From assembly GCA_051362555.1 (NCBI GenBank), contig CM120640.1, positions 70,968,788-71,032,787 of the forward strand: a DNA stretch of 64,000 nt, given 5' to 3'. Within the stretch, counting starts at the first letter, position 1. Each line of letters starts with the position of its first letter. Shown in pieces: positions 1-13,100 of the stretch. This DNA is from Lingula anatina. Taxonomy: Eukaryota; Animalia; Brachiopoda. The notes below the pieces were generated by a model. That model ran no database searches, had not been told where the DNA came from, and saw nothing but the letters and a program-made list of their open reading frames with translations. The position numbers were made by a program, and so were the translations under genes.

Positions 1-395
1 ACTTGGTTGATATGCATTGTAGAGCAATTCCAATATCATTCTCTTCCAAAGCTCATACATCATCCACATTAACAGAGGTGTTACTGCTGCACTAGGATAT
101 GTCAGCACACTACGCTAATGATTTCACTTTGTTTGCTATTCTCCTAAACCCGGTGCTGTCCAGCTGGAATTTTGTATTTTAGTCCAAGGCAGCTTTAGCA
201 TAGATCTTGGAGCAGTATTCCCCAGGTACTTGCAAGCTATTAACTGCAGCATAACGATTAGATGAACTGTCTGGAAGCTATAGACTGAACTGTACACTGC
301 TCTTGCTTTTTTATTTCATCTAGTTATTCAGAAGAGCCACTGGAAAGTGACAGCTAGGATTGAAGGACTGATATCTGTGTATCTAACATTCTGGG

Positions 396-3300
396 ATGGC
401 AGAAGGAGGAGAAAAGGCGCAGTTTACCTGTGAGATCTGTGGCCAGGAAGGGTTAAGTGAGGAAGACATGCGGTCCCATGTATTGATTGTACATGTGGAA
501 GGCTCAGTATCGTGCCCATTTTGTGATATAGAGGGCAGTGCTGTTGACGAGATGAATTATCATATTAACATGGTTCATTTAGATTATTTGAGTCCATCAA
601 AGGAGAGCAGAGGAGGAAACAATTCCACAGCGCAGAGCAGCCGCCCAGTCAGTAACGCAGACGACGTGGAGGAAATGCCGTGCTATGGGAAAAAAGCAAA
701 AACAAAACAGACAGTGTCTGGTAGGGATTCCCCCCAGCTGCTGGTCAGTAGTCCAGTGAGACAAGGGTCAGAGATGACCAGGCAGGAGTCTTCTACCACC
801 CCCAACCAGGCCAGTATGAGGGCCAGGCTGTACCTGGAGGTGCGGTCCCCAGGGGCTGGCAGCACCGACAGCTCTAACATGGACAGTGCCAGCGAAACCA
901 GCACCGGGAGTGAACCCATGGACACAGCTCAAAGTTCAGACAGTGACAGTGGGGGTCAGCCATTCCACTGTCCACTCTGTGCATGGAGCACAAACTCTTC
1001 TGCTGAAATACAGCACCATGTGAACTTTCAACATGTGGATATCCTGAGCCCAGCCAACCCCAGGGGGAAGGGGCTCCTACAGGGGGGACTGGAGAATCAG
1101 AATGACATAAACATACCATCTACTAGTAGCAGTGGTGCCAAGGAACTGTTTGAGTGCCCACTGTGCGGGCTACACACACATACTGCTAATGCCTTAGAAG
1201 TGCATGTGAACATAAAACATAAAGATATATTGAGTCCAGAGGATGGGATGCTGAGAGCCCCAATAGCAGAGATTGAGGAGGATGACAGCCACTGTTGTCC
1301 TGTGTGTGGTATGGAGTTTGCATGTCTGGCCAGTTTAACGGCCCATGTAGACGGTCACTTTTCTGCTGCTCAGACACCAGGTACCAATATTTATTTAAAA
1401 GAAAATTTTCTAAGGAAAGGAAAGTGGTTGAAACGTAAATTGTTGGACTTCTTATATGGCTTTTTTTTATATAGAGTTTCACTCTAAAGTTCCTCATTTA
1501 CAAGGCCATTTGGGTAATTTTAAGAAGACATTTATACCAAGTTTCTGGAGGACTTTTTATTCAAATTGTAAATTAGATAAAGGAATAAATAATCACGAAT
1601 GGAAGAACTCCCAATATTTTTCACCCATAAGGAAATATCAGTGTTGTAATGAATTTGTGACCGTGCATATTTTATTGTATTAATTTGAAATTCCTAATGT
1701 CTGTCTTTGTTTCTTCTGAAGTAAATGGAGTGTCAGACAATGCCCTGGTACAAGACATTGAAAGAAAGGAGAAAGCTGCTCAACAATCTCTAGAACAAAA
1801 GGAGTTTGAAAGGTTACAGGTAAAAAAACACATTCATGTGTTGTCAAACCAATAAGCTAGATAATTTGATAGTGGAACTTACAGTGCTTTCATTACATAT
1901 ATAGAACAGAAGTATACAAAAGCCTACTTTTCAATTTTTTTGCTAGGGAACAACTTTTCTGCAATGTTTTAATTTTCAGAATTTATCTTTTTAAGTACCA
2001 CACTCACAGTATCTGAAAAATTCACAACTTGCCTAATTGAAAAAATTTAGTCATTACTGGGGTAGCGCTAACACTCGCCAATTTAGCCAAATGCTAAAAC
2101 TGACTTAAATTGGCTAAAGAAAAAGGGCTTGATTTGACATGTTTAAGCCAAAGTATAACCATTTTGATAACAAATTGACAAAAATGTGGTGATATGGCTA
2201 AGTGAAAAAAATTGCTAGCGCTACCCCAGCATTACCATTATTTTAATTGTATGATTGACACACAATTAATCTCCAGTGGACACTAATTTAATTTCATGAA
2301 TATACTTTTTATAAATGAACTATATATAAAGAAAAAGTGATGGCCTCCTTACAGTTATTACAGATATCACCTACATGAAGTATTTAACTAAATATAAAGC
2401 TGTTTGCTTAGCTAGAATTCAGTTGTCAGTTATCAGGGTTGCACAATCCGTAGATAGTCATACATGCGTGATATGTATCATTTAGAATAGAAGTAGACGT
2501 TATAGATCTTGACTGTTGATGTTATAGATCTTGACTGTCACACAGAATTATCTGCTTCACTCGTAACACTTGGCTTTTTCCCCCAAGGATGTAGCCAATA
2601 TCACCTGAGGTAATATATGGTAACCCTGGGGGACAGGGGGAACACCCACACACCTCTGTACCCCTGAGTTTTGGGTACATTGTCTGTCCCTGGGAGACAT
2701 AGGGAACACCCACATGTCCTCTATACCTCTGAGTTGTGATGATAACTGTTTGAGCAATTGAAAATAAAACAGATTTCCAGTTCTGAACTAGAAGTTTTAG
2801 ATCAGGAAAGCATTGCTGGTTTTCCTCACATAAAATGAACCAAGTTCTTGTCTGTATATAGCCATATGTGTTGAATCAGTGAGGTTTAATTTGCTGTGGA
2901 TTTTCCTCAAGATATCTTTGTTCTGTGTAGGAGAAGCAATCATTTTCTACATTTAATACTCCTAGTTATTGACATATCTTCTTTCTTAATCTGATTCCCT
3001 TTTTATTTTTTTCACAACATCCATCCATCTCTTGAAGCATGATATTGAAAGCTGTGCACAGAAATATTCTTATTAAATAAATTGATTTTGATTGATTTTC
3101 TGTGTGTGCACTGTATAAGTAGCGGCGTTCTCCCGGCTTCCTACCCCTTAGAGAAAGGCTTTCTTGCTTTGAAGTTGTAATTTTAGAACTAATTGTGAAT
3201 AACAGATCACTTCATACTCACAGGGGAAGGATTACTTTTAAATGGAAATATCTGAGAAAGAATCTAGGTTAATACCAATATTTATAGAATATTATTCAAT

Positions 3301-4151
3301 AAATTGCAAATAAATTTGAACAAATAAAAAAGTGATGTACTGGATCTATAGTCGTGTGAATCATGTGTTCAATAATGATGACTTTTATTAAATTCTTTTG
3401 AGGTCCCTTTTCTGGTTAGAGTATCTATTGCTCTAGACTCCCCCTTGTGTAAAGTTCCAGTCACTTCATGTACATAACAGGCTATGTTCTTGAGTAGTAA
3501 TGACTGGTTTTCTCTACCAATTTCTGATTAGATTTGTTACCATGGGGATTTGCTCATTTTGTAGTAGTACAGGTGCCTACGCGTTCACACAAACTTGTCA
3601 GATGGACAAATCCCTCCATGATGCCTGTTTACTCCAGTTGTTCTCTACTTTAGTGGGTTGATCCTAACAGCTCCAAGGTTTCCACAGAGCAAGTGCCCAC
3701 TTTAAAAGAGTCTTCTGAAAAACGATTTTTGACAACTGAAATGAATGTCAAAGCTTAGCATGCAGCATCAAATGTTAAGTCTGCTACAAACCACAGCAAA
3801 TGAAGGCCAAGTAAAATCTAAGTACAATCCAACAAAATGCCATGATATTCATCATTTCTGGAGACACTGGATTGATCACTTGTGTTTTTTTTTTTTTTTT
3901 TTTGTCATGTGTAAACTCCAAGCATCCAAAGTTCAAATTATCATTTAGGTCATTGATACATGGTGAGAGTTAGTGGTTTGATTATGTTTTGGAAGGCAGT
4001 GGTATATCCAGACAGTACACTAGGCGTCATCATCATTGAATAGACTTCAGACTAATTCAGTTTGATTTGAAGCTGGTCTGATGAAGCTGACCTCTGTTGA
4101 ACACAAACAACAATCCACCTGGAATAGAATTGCTGCCCACGGCCTTCTCTC

Positions 4152-4184
<33 letters not shown>

Positions 4185-7100
4185 GGGGGGGGGGGGGAGG
4201 AACAAATATGCATGCATCTTACATTTACCAAACTTTCACTCTTAGTTTTATTTACATAATTATATGTTAAGTCCCATTTTTTCATAAGTCCCAAAGAGTG
4301 ATATAAAAAGGGAAAAAATGATTGTTGTCAGGGCTCATCACTTGTACATAATGCTCACTGCCCCCACACCTGCATGTTTCAGACCACAAAACTTCTCTTA
4401 ATAACTTGGGAGACAGAAATGGTTCTATTCCACGTGCTGGAAATTCAATGCATCTAATGCATTTTGCAAGACACATTGAAGCAGAAAATGAATAGCAATA
4501 CCTAGTAGCATTGCTGTGTTTGAATTCCATGGTTCAGTTTAGGAGGATGTGTCTGCTTTGTTGTCCCTAACCAAGGTAAAATACCAGTTTTCATGGGCTC
4601 AGCTAGGTTTATTAGAGTCTAGGTCAGCCGCAGTAGAATGGCCTTTTGAAATGGAATGCAATAATTCCTGTAATTACTTTGCCCCTTAGGTTAATGGCTA
4701 GCAAATAGTTCCGTGCAATTTAAAATCTATCTGCCTAATTAAAGAATATTGATTCTGATAGAATAGTTCCACTGTCAAAGATAATAGACAAGACCATAAC
4801 GCTGCAAAAAGTGGTTAAAGTTTCTTCTTTCTATTCAATATAATTTACTTATTCATTAAAATAAGATTTTAGTATATTACACTAAGAACATGGTTAAGAA
4901 ACAGGCAAAAAGCACAGCAAGCCATCTGTTTTTGTGTAATTAGAATGCAATCATTTGGGGTTAAAAACCTATATTAGGTTGTTTTTCTCATTTTCTGTTA
5001 AGTGTGTACAGAAATTTTTAATGTAAGAAGTGTTAGTAGGTTTGCAATTCTTAAAGTTTGGAGGCAACCTTATATTGAGGGCCAGCTCTTCCAAAGGTCA
5101 ACTATTCCAAAAATGAAACGAGCCTTGATCTGAATTGAGCACTATTCATAAAGTCCACTATTCCAAAAAATCAGTTGATGGGATAGCTACACTTAAAGTT
5201 AAACCAATTTTATTAATGGCGGACAAGCAGACTAAGGCTTCGTTCACATGCAATGTCTATTTTCTAATTTCTATTTTCTATTTGCGCTATCTTATGATCA
5301 CGGTCTGTGCCCTGAATATCCCGCCGCGTAATTACTGGCAGCGCGAGCCAGTTACTTATAGTAACTTATAGTAACTGGCTCGCGCTGCCAGTAATTACGC
5401 CGCGGGATATTCAGGCAACAGACCGTGATCATAAGACATACCGCAAATAGAAAATAGAATTTAGAAAATAGACATTGCATGTGAACGAAGCCTAAGAATA
5501 GCCTGCCTTTGGAATATCAGACCCTCGGAAAAGTGAACTCTTGGAATATGGAAAGGCACCCAAAACTTCAGCATGATATAGCAGGAGTTAAATATAATGA
5601 AGAAATATCCTTGTAAGAGTAGATTCTTAGTTTTGCAGTGCAGTTCAATGTAACTGTCAATTGTGAACTCTATTGCCAGCTAGGCAGTGTGGCCAACAAG
5701 TTGGCTGTGAACTCTATAGCCAGGTAGGTAGTGTAGCTAACAAGTTGGCTGTGAACTCTTTAGCCAGGTAGGCAGTATAGCCAACAAGTTGGCTATGAAC
5801 TCTATAGCCAGGTAGGTTGTGTAGCTAACAAGTTGGCTGTGAACTCTATAGCCAGGTAGGCAGTATAGCCAACAAGTTGGCTATGAACTCTATAGCCAGG
5901 TAGGCAGTGTGGCCAACAAGTTGGCTGTGAACTCTATAGCCAGGTAGGAAGTGTAGCCAGCAAGTAGGTTTAAGTTTAACTTCATAGCCAGTTTAGCCAG
6001 TTTATTTAGTTGAACTCAATAGCCAGACAGGCAGTATAGCCAATAAGATGATTTTGAACTCTAAAGCCAGCTAGGAAGTGTAGCCAACAAATTGACTGTG
6101 AACTCTATAGCCAGCTAGGCAGTGTAGCCAACAAGTTGGCTGTGAACTCTATAGCCAGAGAAAAGGTTCTTTTAAACTGACATGAAGTCTCTTAATTTGT
6201 TGGTTGGCAAGGTAGTCTCTTACTAGGTTGATTGTAAACACTATAGCCAGCTGGGCAGTCTCTTACTAGGTTGGTTGTCAACAACTATAGCCAGCTAGGC
6301 AGTCTCTTACTACATGTAGGTTGATTGTAAACACTATAGCCAGCTAGGCAGTCTTTTACTAGATTGGTTGTGAAGGCTATAGCCAGCTGGGCAGTCTCTT
6401 ACTAGGTTGATTGTAAACGCTTTAGCCAGCTAAGGCAGTTTAGCTAGCAGGTTAATGTTGAACTCTCAATAACCTGAAGTGTGGCCCAGCCTGTAGGGAG
6501 CCAACAGTGCACATGCCCAGCTTTGATAATATCATCCAATATTGGATTTGTGAGAAATTTAATTATTGTAAAAGCCTGTTGGTCGTTGAGTGTTTGTATT
6601 GATGCTTGGGCAGGAATAAAAATCAATAGTTTTGGCTTCTGTTTGCGCTGGCGGTGCATATGGTCATATCATCTGTATAGGGATAGGATTGTGTTGTGGT
6701 GCAACTTATTATACTTCACTTTGTAAGTTAGAGGGTATGCTTCACATGTAAAAATCCAATTGTTCTTTTGGGTCACAAGTCATTTTTTTACTTAACTAAA
6801 TAAAAACAAATTGTTTCCCAAGACAGGGTTCCCTCTTGTTCATTGATCAGTTTTCCCTGTAAATTGCAGACCAGAGCTGTAGTATATTATAGCACAATTT
6901 TCTCATTACCCTGGCGCCTTTACTTCTTAGTGGTGGGGCACCAGGAACTATCTTACAATGTACATTTACAACATGGACAAATTACAGATAATGTAGTTGC
7001 AGAAAGCAATTTTTTTTCCATTTAACTGTTTAATGATTCAGTGCAGTTAAAGAGACTCCAGTGTCTACTTTGTACTGCTGGGTAATATTGATAATGTTAT

Positions 7101-10100
7101 AATATTATTGATTTACTGGTATTTGAATGCAACATGACACAGACTTAAATGGTGAAAGTGCTGGCATTAAATTGTTTTAAACAGTGCAGGAAGTGCGTGT
7201 ACTCTGATTCCACACAATACTTCCTACAACACATGTTTCAGTGGGACAAAAATCACAGTTTCATTTTGATATATGATGAAACTCCTCTCTTGCCTTCATT
7301 GATTCCATAAGCTTGTTAACCACAACACAATGAGACAGGCTCTACACATACAAGACCAGTTGCAGCAACTTGCTTATAGAGAGAAACATGTTTTCACAGA
7401 TAAATGTGTTAATTGTCCATTGAAAAAATTAAAAATGAGTTTTCTTTTTAGAGAGTTTAAAAACAACTTAATCAAAGTATCTGTGACATGAATGTTATGT
7501 TTTATTCCAAGTGTGAAATATAATGGGGAAAGAAGCTAGCTCAAGCGCTGTCAATCTGCTGTTGAACTTTTGATAGCAAATGTAATCATTGTGTAATTAA
7601 AGCTGAAATTATTAGTTCATTATCATTGGCTGAATTCAGAACAGATGATCCAAGGACTAACTGGTCCGTGAATCCAATATGGCCGACACCACTTGAAAGT
7701 GATGCAACTTAATCCCCTAATGATCTCCTAGCCTACCACAGGCACCAGCCCTGAAGGGGCCCAGCAATTAAACCTGGGAGCTGAGATTTAATCCGTTCAA
7801 TTGCTAGGCAACTATTTGGCCTCATTTTCAAATGGATACAACCATATTATTGCAGAACCAGTTAGTCCATGGATCATCTGCTCTGAATCCCGACATTGTA
7901 TCATTTTAGACATCAGTGGACAATGGACCTCTGAATGGTGCCATAATTGACCTTCCTTTAAAACATTTCATTTCTTTTATCCAGGCCCAGTATGGCATGG
8001 ATGGCAAGAACAGCTACAAGAAGCAGTCCCAGAAGAACCTGGAGAAGGCTGTGTGTGACGGCCAGATGAGCATCACGGAGTATTACAACCGTCTGATGCA
8101 GACACAGGAGTCCAGTGTCACTGGGGTGGACGATGGTCATTCTTGTACCAAAGGTGAGCGACCCGTTTGCCCACATGCATGCATGCACACACGCTTGCAC
8201 ATTCTCATGCACACACACCCTCAGCTGTCCCTTACAGCTATGCAGATTTGTGGAGAGATGTTGAAAATTTTAAAGGTAACCCACACTACGTGCTGAGTGA
8301 CTTCTATCACCTGGTAGGTTCTCACACTTCCACCTCAATCTCACACCCACGCACTGCTGTGGTACCTGCTATCAGCTCACCCCCAGTGGGTGGAAGTCAT
8401 GTCTTTTACGTTTAATGACGATTTTTTCATCAACTTCTCACACTGGCACTTGCTCCTCTGTGATTTGATTGATCATTTTTTTATGAGTTTGGTAAATATT
8501 TTACACTGCTCTGTTGAATTGCTTCCAATATATTGAGAAGATAATGTACATGTTGAATATCCCAGGAGTACTCAAGGGAGCTCTTTGGCTTATTTAATTA
8601 TACAAGGTACAGCACATAGGTTAATATACTGTCACCATGGCAGCAACGGAGAGAACCTGCATGGTAGTAGCAATTCATGACTTTCGTAACAAGAAATGTT
8701 TTGTTTCATTGTGTAAAGCCAATAAAGTTGATTATCTATTTGAGAACGCTAGCTTCAAGTTTCATAGCAGTGGGAATTGTCTCTGTTGCATCACTTTGTA
8801 GGTTATTGTGTGTGGAAATTAAGGATGTAGCACTTTTCTCAGAAATTGACTATGACAGGAGGTGTCTGGTTGTCAGTTGCATTTAACTGGAGTTAATTTC
8901 GTAGAGACTGTGATGTCTTCGTGCAAAAAATAGATGCGTGACTTTCTAGCATGGCTGAGCCTGTTCTAGAGAAACAATAAAAATACCATGTTTTTGGTTT
9001 GTCTGGCAACCTTTTAATTTTGAGGGTGAACAAATTTGTTGTTGCTAAAGATTGGGTTTATTCTCTAGTGTGTTAAAGCTGATGGTTTGCACAACCCAGA
9101 AGTGTTATATGATTTAAGTTGTCATTTTTGCATGGTTGATTCTGTCATGTAAGTCAGGAGAGCAGGATTTGTTGCTTGGATATTGGAGAGGATATGTGGG
9201 ATGATTCTCCAAGTCGCTGGGATTGAGGAGATAATGATAACTACCAGTTCAAAATAAAGATGTAAGACATAGACTTTAGTTTGGCTTAGTAAAAGAAGAA
9301 TTTTTGTTTTTGGTTGTTTGTTTTATGTATGGTAAGAAGGAACAGTAAGGAAGAAATGTTAAGGAACATTCTTTTCATTTTCTATATAAAGTAGTTCTTT
9401 TAATTTATAGTTTTCTTCTTTATTTTTCCCTTCATTAAAATAAAAACTGTTAAGTGTCAACTGATAACACTATAATATATTAATTACCTCAATCAAGGCC
9501 TTTCTCAGTGAACTGTCCAACCATCATTTGGACAGCTGCTGGTATCACTGGACAGCCAATATTTTTAAAGACTGCTGGATGGCTTATAATTTTTTATAGG
9601 AAATTACAGGTGATTATTTTGGAGAACATGTACCCCAAATCCTGGGAAAAGCCCTGACCTCAATCAATTTATTTTGAATAGTTTTGAAACACCTTTGCTG
9701 TTACATGTGCCAGTGTTTGTTGGCTACTTATTGCCAAGTCCTATATGTACATTTATTTGGTGTATCTGGAAAGATTCGATAGCTTAATGACAGCAAGTAA
9801 ATATCAGGCATTCGTTGTTTGATATACAGCATATGTCAAATTTGTCAATCCTGTTCTTGTGTGGCTTTATAAAACATGGCTGAAATCCACAGATGTGCTT
9901 TAAAATGAATCCAGTTACTTATACCTAAGTTATTAATGATGAATTCAGGGTTTAATGATGAAACATTACACTACTGGTCTGTAGAATTACACTTCTGTTG
10001 TATGAAAAATATCGGCTTTTTTGAAATATGCATTTTTGTGTCTTCTTTGACAGGTATTATTGCCAGACTGCGTGACTTCTATGCTAAGCCCAGTAGTACT

Positions 10101-13100
10101 AAGGCATGGTTGTGTTCCAGTGTTGACCACTTTGCTGCCTCCTATGGGGACAAAGGTTGGGGCTGTGGCTACAGAAACCTCCAGATGCTGCTCTCCTCCC
10201 TGGCAGCCTGTTCCCTGTATCAAGATGTGCTGTTTAATGGTAAGACAGTGAGATTGTGTGTGCATGTGCGTGCGTGTTTATGTGTGTGCTTACATGAGTC
10301 AGTGTGTGTGTGTGTGTGCATAAGTCAGCGTTTGTGTGTGTTTTGTGCCTGTTTGTGTGCGTGTATGACTCAGTGTGTGTGTGAGTGTGTCTACATGTGT
10401 ATGAGTTCGTGTGTATGGTGAGATTAAGTGAGAATGTGTGTATGTATGAGTAAGTGAGTGTGTGGGCATGCATGTGTATTTACTAAGTGATTTTGAGAGT
10501 TTGGGGTTCAATGGTTGCAAAATTTGTTCCAGCTAATTTGCAGATAGCAGATGACATTTCACTTAATTTGTGTTTGTTCATTCCATCAGGGATCTTTATC
10601 TTGAGTTATACAGCAGAAAAAAACAAAGTTAAATGGATTATGTTGTGTAAAAAAAATGTCTACAAGAGAGATTCCAGCAATCTACATTTGATGTTAGAAC
10701 ATGGCGGTAACTTGGGGTCACCGAGGTGATGGAAACATATTGTAATATTTATCTATCAGCAGTGGATTGATCACTCAAATGTCTTAAGCAGGTCAATATA
10801 GTTATTTCCTAATCTTATTTATTTTCAAAAGGGAGACCAATAATTCCCTCCATTCCAAAGATCCAGCGTCTTATAGAGACAGCCTGGCAGAAGGGTTTCG
10901 ACCTCCAGGGCTCTGAACAGCTGGGGGGAAAGCTTTTCAATACTACAAAATGGATTGGAGCAACAGAAATAGTAGCCACTTTATCATCACTAAAAGTCAA
11001 GTAAGTTGAGGAAATATTGGATGTACGAGGTATTTCCTTTCACTTCTAGCCTTCTCTTGTCACGTATGCTTGAGAAATTACTTTTTGAATAGCGTCAATA
11101 TCTGTACAAGATGTGTATTGTATTGCATTTTTCCAGACAACCATAATTTGTTTGCTTTATAATGTCAGACAAATCCAGCTTTAAACCGCATAAACCAAAG
11201 AATTTATCTTGTTTTTGTTTTCCATTTTCAGATGCCAGCTTTTAGATTTCCATGCCCCCACAGGCCCTGACGGGACTCACCCCAAGCTGTTTGAGTGGGT
11301 CAGAGACTACTTCAAAAAGACAGCAGACTTCAAACCTCCACTGTACCTTCAACACCAAGGTAGGCCGTTGGCTCTTGTGAATTTAATAGATCCAATCTTA
11401 ATTTGGTAGTTTTCCTAAGAACTAGCTGAGATAGACCCTGGCTTGAATTCATTTTTTGAAATTTAGTCAAAACCAAAAATGTTTTTCTTAAGGGATGAAT
11501 CCTTAAAAAAAATATATTCCTTTGCAATAGTTTTCCAATCTGATAGTTCTGTGTTGCTGCATCAAGCTAAGGTCTCTTACAAGAAAAAAAAAAAGAGCTA
11601 TTATACTGTTATGACATGTACCATATATTCCTCTGCTATCATTTAATTCTACCAATAGAAATTAACATCAACCATTAAATGGATACTGCATACATCAACA
11701 AACATTGTCCTGCATACAAAAAGGCAATATTACTCCCAAGTTGGAAAACATCAAAATGTGATGCGAGTCTGTGTGAGAAACCATTGATATCAACTGGCAT
11801 CACAACTTCAGACCTTTGAACAGCTTTAACAACTGGATCTTCCACATCAGCGCAGTAATGGTGCTGCTTTCATTTGTCACATTGTGCGGACTTCTCGTCA
11901 GATGAATAATGCATTTTAAATTGTCCTCTTGAACTCCCAGGCTGATCTGTGAATATTGTTCACCATCCATTGTTCCTTGTTAACCAGAGATGGTTATTGA
12001 TCTATATCAGAATTTTAGTGGCCATGATTTTTTTATCGTTGATAAAAACTTTATTGCATTTTGTGTTGTTGTTGACTCCATGTACTTGTGGAAATCACTA
12101 AATTGAGATTGACCACACGGTTTACTTTTTTAGGGGCAATGTACAAATATACATAAATTTTTTAATGTTACTTGAGGAAAAAAAACAGTCCAGATATAAA
12201 TAAAAGTTTCTCTTTGGGTTTCTGTGGCTTTGTAATTTGCCTTTTGAATCTTTTTATCTATCAAGGTTCATATAATGTTTTGATCAGTTTTTGCTAAATG
12301 ATATCATTATGTAGCTGCCTGCACCTCAGGGACCTTCACCCCAGGGACACCTGCCAAGGGGTGTGCCAGTTACACCTGCCACGGGGATGTACTGTGGTGG
12401 GAATTCTATGACCCAGACATTACTGTCATTAATGGATTGTTACAGATCACTTTAACTGCTTTGCTGCCCCTTTTATTCCATATCATTTAGCAAAACTCGG
12501 CATAAATCAATGGCACAGAAAAGGCCACGCTTTCTAAATAGTCATCAATGCGGTGTCCAAACAACCGGCTAATACTGCAGTTCACTGCCTGCTGCCTGCC
12601 CTGGTAATCTATTCTTTTTTGAAGTACTTTCTAATTGATGGCATGGGTGAATCAGTCCAACGCAGTTGTGTGGCAATTCATGGGAATGCGGAGGGATGTT
12701 TAGAAAAATTGCCAACTGTTGCTTTTTTAGTCCTTGAGAAATTCCCCTATGCCATATTCAGAGTAATATATTTTGTAAGCATCCAAGGTATAATTGGATA
12801 ATTTTCTGAAATATTATGGGACATTTTGTAGTTTTTTGTCCCATTATAGCAAAACTATAATTTAATTGAATTTGGTTGAACTCAACTTGGATGTTCAAAT
12901 TGGACGAAATTCAGGTTGAATACCAAAAAGATTTCGATGAGATGGTTTTTAAAGAAAAAAGTTTTTCCTGTTATTAATTATATGGTGAAGTGTGTAGCAT
13001 TTTTTATTCAAGGACAAACATCTACATAAGAAATTGTTGTAATGCATTCCAGCAGGTTAATCTACACATAATTTACCAAGTTTCTTTTTTTCTTTTTCCA

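Noticed and set aside
10234-10520. His/Thr-rich ORFs
   Set aside because: Translations of the (TG)n microsatellite.
11730-12900. Possible old inverted-repeat element in the last ZUP1 intron
   Set aside because: Similarity too degenerate to define termini or a TSD by eye.
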